From the IMG/VR virus record IMGVR_UViG_3300032893_000028, positions 1 through 64,000 of that record: a stretch of 64,000 nucleotides of DNA; one strand, written 5' to 3'. The DNA is from a virus. Both the position numbers and the translations under genes were made by a program. Under the pieces are notes generated by a model that had not been told where the DNA came from, did no database searches, and worked only from the letters and a program-made list of their open reading frames with translations. Positions 27,727 through 36,574 of this stretch are shown one piece after another. Position 1 is the stretch's first letter. Every line of letters starts with the position of its first letter.

Positions 27727-29972
27727 GTCCGTTTCTCAGCGTGATTGTGCCGACCTACCGCGCCGGCGGAATCGACGTACTGCTCGACGCGCTCGCCGCG
27801 CAGAGCTACACCGACTTCGAGCTGGTGCTCGTCGACATGCTCAAGCGCCACCGCGCCGAGAAGGTGGCCGCGGAGGCGCGCGACCGGTTCCTGCGCGTCG
27901 TCCACGTCGAGCCCAAGCCCTCGCCGTTTCCGATCGCCAGCTACTGCGCCTGCGCCAACGTGGGGCTCGCGGCGGCGTCGGGCGAGGTGGCGCTCTTCCT
28001 GGCCGACTACTCGCGGCCGACGCCGGGCGCGCTGGCGGCGCACGCCGCCTTCCATCGCGCGGACAAGACGGCCGGGCGCGCCGGGCTCATGATGCCGCAC
28101 CGGTACGTGGCGCTCGAGCTGGAGCCGCGCTTCAATCTGCGCTACGCAGCCTCGGATTGGGAGCGATACGCGCGTGATATCGAGCGCGGATATCTCGACC
28201 CGTGGATGATCTCGATCGGCCAGCCCTCCGAGCGCGCCGACGCGGGGCACGAGGTCGACGGCGGCGGGCGCGCGACGGCGGACGCCGACCCCAAGCTGCG
28301 CATGGCGGCCGGGCCGATCGACGCCAACTTCTTCCACGCCAAGTGCGAGTCGGTCCGGCTCGAGCGTTGCCTGGAGGTCAACGGCTTCGACGAGGACCTC
28401 GACGGCGGCCACGGCTACCAGGACTCCGACTTCGCGGCGCGGCTGTCGCTCAAGGCCGGCGTGCAGTGGACGCTCGACCCGTCGCTCGCGTGCGAGATCG
28501 CCAACCCGCGCGGCGTGTTCCCGATGCTGCGCCGGCTGCGCGACGTGCGCGAGAACGAGGCGATCTGGCGGAGCAAGGCCGCCGCGGGCTACCCGCCGAC
28601 CAACCCGCGGTGGAGCCTGCGCGAGCGCCGTGCTATTTTCCTGTCCCAGGGTTCCGGCGTCGTCGAGGGTCCACCCCCGACCTCCCCGCCGGCGGCGCCG
28701 GAGCCCCCTTTGACCTTCAGCATCAAGATGCGCGTCAATATGTCGCCGGAAGTCGTGGATGACCTCCGCGAGCGCGCCGCGAAGCGAGGAACGACACTGG
28801 ACGAGGTCATGAAGACGGCCGGGGTTCCGCCACGCAGACTGCGCGTGGCGATGGTCTACGGCGAGTTCTCGACGGCCATCCACGGCCCCTTCGACTTCGC
28901 CAAGCTGGGCGACGCGGCGCTCACGGGCAGCGAGGGCTCGTTCTTCAACCTCGCCCGGTCGCTGGCCGAGCGCGGCCACGAGGTGGTCGTGTTCGCCCCG
29001 GCCGCCGCCGCGCACCACCACGAGTCGGGCGCGCACATGCTGCCCATCAAGGCGATCCGCGGGCTGCCCTCCGTCCCCGGGCTCGACGCGGTGGTGGCGT
29101 GGAACGAGCCCGACTACCTGGCCCACGCGCCCAAGGGCGTCCTACGCGTCGTCAACCAGCAGCTCAACGACTGGGGATACTGCAAGCCTGATTGGGGGAA
29201 GCTCGTCGACCACTTCGTTTTCCCGTCAAAATCATCGCAGGGAAATCACGAACAGTATATCGGTGACAGTCTTCGGCATCCGAAGTACGCCAGCGTCATC
29301 CCCAACAGCGTCGACCTCGACCTCTTCGAGCGCCACGCCGTCGAGCGCGTCCCGCACCGCGTCGTCTACTGCTCCTCGCCCGACCGCGGGCTGCACCACC
29401 TCCTGGCGATGTGGCCGGCGGTGCGCACGCGGGTGCCCGACGCCGAGCTCAAGATCTTCTACCGCATCGAGCCATGGCTGCAAGCCAACCTGCTCAATCC
29501 TAACGAGATCGGCCAGCGGGCGCGCTTCGTCGAGGAAGCGCTGCGGCGGCTCGGCCCGGCCCGGGGCGTCGAGGTCGTTGGCCCCGTGCCCAACCGCGAG
29601 ATGGCGCGCCAGCTCCGCATGGCCTCCGTCCTGGCCTACCCGTGCGACCCGGTGCGCTACACGGAGGGCTTCGGCTGCTCGGTCCTCGACGCGTGCGCGG
29701 CGGGCTGCCTGCCGATCATCTCCGATGCCGACGCGCTGGCGGAGGTGCACGAAAGCGGAAGTGAAGTGATTGCGGGCAGACCAGGTGATCACATGCAAAT
29801 CTGGATCGACACCATCACCAAGCATTTAGGGTACATCCCGCCGGAACATCCGAAGGGCGCGCCGTATTACACCGATCGAGGAGATATCATGTGCGTGGCG
29901 TCGGTGCACGCCCAGACCCACAGCCGCCAGAAGGTGGCGGAGATGTGGGAGCGCCTCCTGTCGCGAACGTAG
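27723..29972 (+). CDS. Glycosyltransferase: GT2 + GT4-like domains
   Basis: LSVIVPTYR, NGFDED...GYQDSD; TGSE, IPNSVD, SSPDRGL, EGFGCSVLDACAAG. Confidence 0.88.
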   Translation: MSPFLSVIVPTYRAGGIDVLLDALAAQSYTDFELVLVDMLKRHRAEKVAAEARDRFLRVVHVEPKPSPFPIASYCACANVGLAAASGEVALFLADYSRPTPGALAAHAAFHRADKTAGRAGLMMPHRYVALELEPRFNLRYAASDWERYARDIERGYLDPWMISIGQPSERADAGHEVDGGGRATADADPKLRMAAGPIDANFFHAKCESVRLERCLEVNGFDEDLDGGHGYQDSDFAARLSLKAGVQWTLDPSLACEIANPRGVFPMLRRLRDVRENEAIWRSKAAAGYPPTNPRWSLRERRAIFLSQGSGVVEGPPPTSPPAAPEPPLTFSIKMRVNMSPEVVDDLRERAAKRGTTLDEVMKTAGVPPRRLRVAMVYGEFSTAIHGPFDFAKLGDAALTGSEGSFFNLARSLAERGHEVVVFAPAAAAHHHESGAHMLPIKAIRGLPSVPGLDAVVAWNEPDYLAHAPKGVLRVVNQQLNDWGYCKPDWGKLVDHFVFPSKSSQGNHEQYIGDSLRHPKYASVIPNSVDLDLFERHAVERVPHRVVYCSSPDRGLHHLLAMWPAVRTRVPDAELKIFYRIEPWLQANLLNPNEIGQRARFVEEALRRLGPARGVEVVGPVPNREMARQLRMASVLAYPCDPVRYTEGFGCSVLDACAAGCLPIISDADALAEVHESGSEVIAGRPGDHMQIWIDTITKHLGYIPPEHPKGAPYYTDRGDIMCVASVHAQTHSRQKVAEMWERLLSRT

Positions 29973-29984
29973 TAGAATCGCCCC

Positions 29985-32900
29985 ATGGCGATCGTCCTGC
30001 CTCGTCTGACGGGTGTTCTCGAGGACGGGACGGGCTCGCTCGCGCAGTCCACCCAGCAGCGCGCGTTCCAGCGCGCCGCGTCCGGCACCATCTCCATCAC
30101 CTGCTTCCGCGCCAGCGGCGCGCGCTTCAACCTCACCGGCGGCGCGCTCGTCTGGACGGTGGCGGACGGCAAGGGCGTCGAGATCTTCGCCCGCGCCGCC
30201 GACTTCGACGACGCCGCCAGCGGCGAGGCTACCTTCACCTTCGTCACCGAGGACACCGACCAGGCCGGCGGCGTCTCCAACTCCAACATCATCGGCCAGC
30301 ACGACGTCGCCTTCGTCGACAACGCGGGCACCTACGGCGTCCCGGGGGCGATCTACCAGCTCGTCCCGCCGTCGATCCTGTACCTGTCCGATCTGCTCCT
30401 GCCCATCCCGCCCGTGGTCACGCCGCTGCCGCCGCAACTCCCCTTCTCCCAGGGCGCCACCGGCGCGCCGGGGCCAACGGGGCCCGCGGGTGTGACCGGC
30501 CCGGCCGGCCCTACGGGCGCCGCGGGCCCACAGGGCGCGACCGGCCCCGCCAACGGACCGCAGGGGCCGACCGGACCGCAGGGCGCTACAGGCCCGACAG
30601 GGCCGGCGGGTACCAATGGAACCACCGGCGCGACGGGACCGACGGGGCCGCAGGGTCCTACAGGCGCCGCCGGTCCCACCGGCGTCACGGGCGCGACCGG
30701 CCCGACCGGCCCCGCAGGCGCCAACGGTGCGCAAGGCGCCACCGGCCCGACTGGCCCGCAGGGTCCAACCGGGACGCCCGGACCGACCGGCGTCACGGGG
30801 GCGACAGGTCCAACCGGCCCCGCCGGCGCACAAGGAGTGACAGGACCCGCGGGGCCGCAGGGCGCAACGGGCCCAACAGGGCCGCAAGGGCCGACAGGAC
30901 CGCTTGGCGGCGGACCTCAGGGCGTTACCGGCGCAACGGGGCCGACAGGACCGCAGGGAGCCCAAGGCGTCACGGGCGCGACGGGCCCGACGGGTCCCCA
31001 GGGAACGCAAGGCGTCCAGGGCGTCACCGGGGCGACGGGGCCGACCGGCCCGGCCGGCAGCACGGGCCCGGCGGGGCCGAACAGCCCGGCCTCCGACAGC
31101 ACAGTCGCGCTCGGAACCACCAATCTGCGCTGGCTCGGCTTATACAATGCGGGCCCGCTCGGCGGCGGCTGGACGCAGGTGGCCATGGGCGCCGCCAGCG
31201 GCTGGACCGCCAGCGCGCGCAGCTACGGCGTGGGCGTCACGGGCGCCTCGGGCGACCGCATCGTCCAGCTCCCCGCGGCGGCGCAGTTCTACGCCGGCCA
31301 GGAGCTACGCGTGCGCGACGTCGGCGGTGGCGGCAACGTCCTCGCCGTCAAGTCGGCCGGCGCCGACCGCATCAACGGCGCCACCGGGGTCACGTCTACC
31401 GCGGCCTACGCGCAGTGGCTGCTCGTCTCCGACGGCGCCTCCAACTGGTACGCGTCGCTCGGCCCGACGGGGCCGACCGGCCCGCAGGGGGCCACGGGCG
31501 CGACGGGTCCCACGGGCCCGGCGGGGACGACCGGCGCCACCGGCCCGACCGGACCCCAGGGCGCGCAGGGCGTCACGGGTGCGACCGGCCCGACGGGTCC
31601 GCAGGGGAGCCAGGGTGCGCAGGGCGTCACGGGGGCGACGGGCCCTACCGGCCCGGCTGGTGTGCAGGGGGTCACAGGCGCCACGGGTCCGACGGGGCCG
31701 CAGGGAGCCACGGGCCCGATCGGCCCGCAGGGCGCGACGGGGCCGGCGGGCGGCGGTGGCGGAGGCACGCCGACCACGCTCCAGGGCGCGTACAACGCCG
31801 GGCCCTCGGGGCCGCAGGCGATCGCGCTCGGGCCGTCGAGCGCGGGCCTGTACGGCGTGCTCATCCAGGACATGACCGGCGGGACGACGGGGCCGATCTT
31901 CGGCGTCGGCGGCCCGAGCGGCACGACCGGCTACCTGGTGGTGTACCCGACCGGCGCCTTCGCACAGGGTCTCGTGGTCGGCACTGGCAACAACTACGGT
32001 CAGTTCAACGCGGTGCCCGGCAGCAACACGGGGTACCCGAGGATCCTGCTCGCCACCGACAACATCTCGGCGGTCACCATGCTCGAGCTCGTCAACTCGC
32101 TCTACGCGACGACGAGCCAGTTCGCGCAGGCCGGCAACCTGGCGCTCTTCTCGGCCGGAGACATCTTTCAGATCTACACGCAGAACGGCGGCGTAGCGCT
32201 CCTCGACCTTCGAACGCTGACCGCCTCCTTCAACGGCGCGGTGCAGCCGGGCGCGGACGCGGGCGCCGCGCTGGGCGCAACTCTTCGGCGATGGAACGGC
32301 CTCTACAACGTGGGGCCCTTATCCGCCGCGCTGTCCGTCAAGGCCTCGCCGACGGGGACGCCGTACGTCCTGGCATCCACCGACCACTTCATCGGGTTGA
32401 CCGGGGCGTCGGGCACGAGGAGCGCGTTCCTGCCCGCGGCCAGCAGCGTTCCCGCCGGTCAATTCATCCGCGTGCAGGACGTGGCCGCCAACCCCAACGG
32501 CTTCCTGCTGGCGACCGCGACGGGGGCGACGGCCGACCGCATCAACGGCGCCACGGGGCTCACGCTGGCGGCGCGCTACGGCGGGATGATGGTCGTCTCC
32601 GACGGCGCCACCAACTGGTACGCCGCCGACATGGCGGGCTCGCTCCAGGACGCCTACGCCAACGGGGCGAGCGGGCCCGCTGTCATCGCGATCGGTCCGA
32701 CGGGCTGGTACGGCGTTCTCATCCAGGATATGGGCAGCGGCGTAGCCACCGGACCGATCTTCGCCGTGCAGAATGCGCTCGGCACCACCAACTATCTGCG
32801 CGTGCAGGCCACCGGCGTTGACACCGTCGGGTATTTCAAGGGCAAGCGCCTCGACTTGAGCGTCGGCAAGGCGATCGGAACCAACAGCTTCACCGGCGCG

Positions 32901-33212
32901 CGGTTCGGCAACAGCGCCGGGAGCATCACGGGGTATACGGGGACCGACTCGGCCGGGCAATTCACGATCGTGGTCGGCGTGACCGGCTACACCATCAATC
33001 CCCAGATCACCATGTTCTACGCCGACGGGCCGCGCGCGACGCCCCGCTACATATCGAAGCTGCGCGCCTTCTCGCCCACCACCTTAGCGCCATATCTCGT
33101 CGACAACGAGACACCCACGTCCGTCACATGGACGCTGATAGGCAACGGGGCGCAGATGGGCGCGCCCACGGGCCTCGGCTTCTACACCATTGAGTACATG
33201 GGCCTGGGGTGA
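29985..33212 (+). CDS. Collagen-like fibre protein 2
   Basis: Two Gly-X-Y tracts interspersed with duplicated globular modules. Confidence 0.8.
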   Translation: MAIVLPRLTGVLEDGTGSLAQSTQQRAFQRAASGTISITCFRASGARFNLTGGALVWTVADGKGVEIFARAADFDDAASGEATFTFVTEDTDQAGGVSNSNIIGQHDVAFVDNAGTYGVPGAIYQLVPPSILYLSDLLLPIPPVVTPLPPQLPFSQGATGAPGPTGPAGVTGPAGPTGAAGPQGATGPANGPQGPTGPQGATGPTGPAGTNGTTGATGPTGPQGPTGAAGPTGVTGATGPTGPAGANGAQGATGPTGPQGPTGTPGPTGVTGATGPTGPAGAQGVTGPAGPQGATGPTGPQGPTGPLGGGPQGVTGATGPTGPQGAQGVTGATGPTGPQGTQGVQGVTGATGPTGPAGSTGPAGPNSPASDSTVALGTTNLRWLGLYNAGPLGGGWTQVAMGAASGWTASARSYGVGVTGASGDRIVQLPAAAQFYAGQELRVRDVGGGGNVLAVKSAGADRINGATGVTSTAAYAQWLLVSDGASNWYASLGPTGPTGPQGATGATGPTGPAGTTGATGPTGPQGAQGVTGATGPTGPQGSQGAQGVTGATGPTGPAGVQGVTGATGPTGPQGATGPIGPQGATGPAGGGGGGTPTTLQGAYNAGPSGPQAIALGPSSAGLYGVLIQDMTGGTTGPIFGVGGPSGTTGYLVVYPTGAFAQGLVVGTGNNYGQFNAVPGSNTGYPRILLATDNISAVTMLELVNSLYATTSQFAQAGNLALFSAGDIFQIYTQNGGVALLDLRTLTASFNGAVQPGADAGAALGATLRRWNGLYNVGPLSAALSVKASPTGTPYVLASTDHFIGLTGASGTRSAFLPAASSVPAGQFIRVQDVAANPNGFLLATATGATADRINGATGLTLAARYGGMMVVSDGATNWYAADMAGSLQDAYANGASGPAVIAIGPTGWYGVLIQDMGSGVATGPIFAVQNALGTTNYLRVQATGVDTVGYFKGKRLDLSVGKAIGTNSFTGARFGNSAGSITGYTGTDSAGQFTIVVGVTGYTINPQITMFYADGPRATPRYISKLRAFSPTTLAPYLVDNETPTSVTWTLIGNGAQMGAPTGLGFYTIEYMGLG
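30453..31748 (+). repeat. Collagen Gly-X-Thr tracts (about 30453-31079 and 31461-31748)
   Basis: [10 protein letters not shown]-type triplets. Confidence 0.9.
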
Positions 33213-33261
33213 GGTGATTCTGCCTTGCGCAGTCGGCGCTGCGCGTGTTGAATTGTGACAC

Positions 33262-33764
33262 ATGCAAACGATCGCGCTGACTCGCGGACATGTAGCCTTA
33301 GTTGACGACGAGGACTACGAAAAACTCCAGAAATGGAAGTGGTTTGCGCAGCCGTCCTCAACATCCTGGTACGCCAAACGTGATGGGCGTACCAGGGGGA
33401 AGGCATCGTTTATATGCATCGTGTCATTTGTGAAGCGCCTCGAGGTGTCGAAGTCGATCATATCGATGGTAACGGTTTGAATAATTGCAAAACTAATTTA
33501 CGATTAGCTTCTCGTCGAGAAAACGCTAGAAATACTCGAATATTTGTGCCCAAAAAATCGCGATTCAAGGGAGTTTCTTGGTTCACGCGCGATCAGTGTT
33601 GGCGTGCGTACATTTGCGATAAGTCAGTACAATTCGGAAAGTCGCCGCAGCGCCATCTCGGCTATTTCGATTCTGAATTAGAAGCCGCGCGAGCGTACGA
33701 TATCGCTGCCGTCAAATCCTTCGGCGTTTTTGCGGCCGTCAATTTCCCGTCGGAGAAAGCATGA
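33262..33764 (+). pseudogene. HNH-AP2 endonuclease split by a frameshift
   Basis: N-terminus ALVDDEDYE..W in one frame; MHR..VDHIDGNGLNN..NLR and AP2 domain (FKGVSW, HLGYF, AARAYD) in the -1 frame. Confidence 0.75.
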
Positions 33765-34459
33765 GTCTCAATGTAGTTTGCGTTCATGCCAAACACGGGT
33801 TTCGATTCGCCGAGGTGTCCGGTACGCCGGCCGATCACGCGAGTCATTGGTCCTTCGACGACGAGCAGGAGGTGCGCGACCGCTGGTGGCGCGCCCAGCC
33901 GGGCGAGACCGTGCTCGACGTCGGCGCCGCGTTCGGCAGCTACGCCCTGCCCGCGCTGGCGGCCGGCGCGCGCGTCGTGTGCTTCTCGCCGGCGGACTTC
34001 GACACGGAGCTGCTCCGACACAATCTCTCGCTCAACCCCGAGCTGGCGCGGCGCTGCCTCGTCGTGCGCGACGGGCTGCACGAGCGCGACGGCTGGTTCG
34101 ACCCGGATCATTCGCACTTTACTGACGACGTCGGACCTCTTGGAATTCCGAGTCCGAAGGGCTACCAATGGCTCCGCGTGCGCTCGCTCGACTCATGGCT
34201 CGCCGAGCGGCCTGGCGTCGACCACGTCGACCTCGTCAAGATCGACGTCGAGGGCGCAGAGCTGGGCGTACTCCGGGGCGCCGCGGGCATGCTGCGCCGC
34301 TGGCGCCCGCGGCTGCTGGTCGAGCTGCACGAATTCCACGTGCCGGACATGGCCGCGCGGATCTGGGCGTTCCTGGAGAGCCTTGAGCTCGGCTACACCG
34401 TCGAGGGGCCGGTCAAGCACTGCGCGGTCTCCCACGCGTTCTACGAGGTGAAGCGGTGA
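33761..34459 (+). CDS. FkbM-family methyltransferase
   Basis: VLDVGAAFG and VKIDVEGAELGVLRG motifs. Confidence 0.88.
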   Translation: MSLNVVCVHAKHGFRFAEVSGTPADHASHWSFDDEQEVRDRWWRAQPGETVLDVGAAFGSYALPALAAGARVVCFSPADFDTELLRHNLSLNPELARRCLVVRDGLHERDGWFDPDHSHFTDDVGPLGIPSPKGYQWLRVRSLDSWLAERPGVDHVDLVKIDVEGAELGVLRGAAGMLRRWRPRLLVELHEFHVPDMAARIWAFLESLELGYTVEGPVKHCAVSHAFYEVKR

Positions 34460-35988
34460 AGCCTACCGTCTGCCTCATCACGCCGCCGTCGGTGTTCCTG
34501 CTCGACGAGCGCGTCTTCCCCAACCTGGGGATCCTCAAGATCGCCGCCGCGCTGGAGGCGCGCGGGTACCCAGTAGAGCATCTCGACCTCGACGGCGTCT
34601 CCAACTTCGAGCAGGCCGTCGAGGCGCACTTCGAGGCCTCGTCGGCCGAGTACGTGGGCATCACCTGCACCACGCCGCAGCTCCCCGCGGCGGTGCGGAT
34701 CGCGCGCGCCATCCGCCACGTGCGCGGCGTCGCCGGGCCGCAGCTCATCGTCGGCGGCCCGCACCCGACCGTTACGCTGGCGGCGGTGAAGAAGGCCGGC
34801 GCTGGCGGCCGCGCGGGGCGCGCGCTCGAGCGGCTCAAGCAGGAGTTCGACGTCGTGGTGGCCGGCGACGGCGAGGAGTCGATCTTCTCGGCAATCGGCG
34901 CCTCCTACGGCAGCGTCATCGACGCCGACGACGCCAAGTCGCCGCTCTTCCTGCTCGGCAAACGGCTCGAGCAGGCGCCGTGGCCGGCGAGGCACCTGCT
35001 CGACCTCGACAGCTACCGCTATAAGATCGACGGAGTGCCCGCGTCCACGCTGGTCGCGCAGCTCGGCTGCCCATTCCGCTGCACGTTCTGCTCGGGGCGC
35101 TCGTCGCCGATGCTGCGCCGCGTGCGCTTCCGACCGACCGAGGACGTGCTGGCGGAGGTCGAGCACCTCCACGTGCGCTACGGCTTCCGGGGCTTCATGT
35201 TCTACGACGACGAGCTCAACGTGTCGAAGGGCATGATGGACCTGATGCGCGGCATGGCCGCGCTCGCCAAGAAGCACAATACTGAGTGGCGCCTGCGCGG
35301 CTTCGTCAAGGCCGAGCTGCTCACGCAGGAGCAGGCCGACGCCATGCACGAGGCCGGCTTCCGCTGGCTGCTCTGCGGCTTCGAGAGCGGCAGCGAACGC
35401 ATCCTGGCCAACATCGAAAAGCAGGCCACCGTCGCCGATAATGATCGCGCCGTCGAGTACGCGCGCCGCGCCGGGCTCAAGGTCAAGGCCCTCATGTCGC
35501 TCGGCCACGCCGGCGAGTCGGCCGAGACGATCGCCGACACCGAGGCGTGGCTGCGACGCGTGCGCCCCGACGACTTCGACGCCACCGTGATCACACCCTA
35601 CCCGGGCTCGCCGTACTACGACGAGTCGGTGCCGTCGGAGTTCGTCTGGAACGACCGCTCGCGGTTGGAAACTGCCAACAAGCTCCAGGCATGCTGGACG
35701 TACACGCACCCGAAGTCGGGCGATCGGTTGCACATGGTCGAGCTTGACTACGCCGAGACGGTTGACTTCTACAAGGGCGCGCCCGGCGAGTACCGCGCGT
35801 ACACGTGGACCGACCATCTTTCGTCCGCGGACCTCGTGCGGATGCGCGATGAGCTGGAGACGCGCGTGCGCGCCGACCTCGGCATCCCCTACAACGCCGG
35901 CGCGCCCGGGATCCAGTTCGAGGCGTCGATGGGTCAGACGAAAAAACTCCCGCCGTCGATTTTGAGGTCGACGGCGGGAATGTTATGA
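34456..35988 (+). CDS. Cobalamin-binding radical SAM enzyme
   Basis: PNLGIL, VGGPHPT, GDGE, GCPFRCTFC, FYDDEL, GFESGS and TPYPGS motifs. Confidence 0.9.
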   Translation: MKPTVCLITPPSVFLLDERVFPNLGILKIAAALEARGYPVEHLDLDGVSNFEQAVEAHFEASSAEYVGITCTTPQLPAAVRIARAIRHVRGVAGPQLIVGGPHPTVTLAAVKKAGAGGRAGRALERLKQEFDVVVAGDGEESIFSAIGASYGSVIDADDAKSPLFLLGKRLEQAPWPARHLLDLDSYRYKIDGVPASTLVAQLGCPFRCTFCSGRSSPMLRRVRFRPTEDVLAEVEHLHVRYGFRGFMFYDDELNVSKGMMDLMRGMAALAKKHNTEWRLRGFVKAELLTQEQADAMHEAGFRWLLCGFESGSERILANIEKQATVADNDRAVEYARRAGLKVKALMSLGHAGESAETIADTEAWLRRVRPDDFDATVITPYPGSPYYDESVPSEFVWNDRSRLETANKLQACWTYTHPKSGDRLHMVELDYAETVDFYKGAPGEYRAYTWTDHLSSADLVRMRDELETRVRADLGIPYNAGAPGIQFEASMGQTKKLPPSILRSTAGML

Positions 35989-36171
35989 CGTCTTTTTTTC
36001 CTCCGCCTCGACCAGCTTTGCTATCGCTTCTCTAATTCGTTTGTCCGCCAATCCTCTAATTGGCTCTCCAGCTATCCATCGACGAACACTGCGATAGTCT
36101 ACGCATGCGGCTTCAGCGATTTCTAATTCGCGTTCACGACTAATGATCCGCTTAGGAATTTTCTTCATCAT
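35983..36171 (-). CDS. Small HTH DNA-binding protein
   Basis: EIAEAACVDYRSVRRWIAG; own promoter. Confidence 0.6.
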   Translation of the reverse strand: MMKKIPKRIISRERELEIAEAACVDYRSVRRWIAGEPIRGLADKRIREAIAKLVEAEEKKTS

Positions 36172-36189
36172 CCCGCCTTTCTTCGCGCA

Positions 36190-36230
36190 AACCTAATGTT
36201 GCCTATCGTGTTCGTCAACCAAATTCTACT
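36190..36230 (-). promoter_or_regulatory. Early-type promoter, copy 3
   Basis: AGAATTTGG-TTGACG-N17-TAGGTT. Confidence 0.7.
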
Positions 36231-36265
36231 TTACCCGCGCGCGCCCTGCCGCTAGTCTCGTCTCC

Positions 36266-36574
36266 ATGCGAACCGTCATCATGTACACGTGCCTCACGCT
36301 CTCGTCGGTCATTCTCATTCTCGTGGCCTGCGCCGCGCTGCTCGGCTGCGCGCCGGCGCCCGACGGCCGAGTCGCGCCGCTGGCGGTGCGCCCGCCGTCG
36401 CTGTGCGCGGACGGGGGCGGCTGCCCCGAGGGGCTCCTGTGCGCCGACGACGGCCACTGCGGCGAGCCGTGCGGGGTCAACTTCGCCTGCCCGCTCGGCT
36501 ACTACTGCTCGGCGCGCTTCCCCGGCCACGACTGCCTGCCGCTGTGCCTGCGCTCCGACGCGGGGTGCCAGTGA
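36266..36574 (+). CDS. Cys-rich lipoprotein
   Basis: Hydrophobic leader, LLGC lipobox, about 11 Cys in the C-terminal repeat region. Confidence 0.65.
   Translation: MRTVIMYTCLTLSSVILILVACAALLGCAPAPDGRVAPLAVRPPSLCADGGGCPEGLLCADDGHCGEPCGVNFACPLGYYCSARFPGHDCLPLCLRSDAGCQ

Noticed and set aside
21425-29972. Captured host LPS/EPS locus
   Set aside because: No flippase, polymerase, chain-length or export genes; the enzymes look soluble and are interleaved with fibre genes and phage HNH genes. Host-surface or DNA substrates are not formally excluded.
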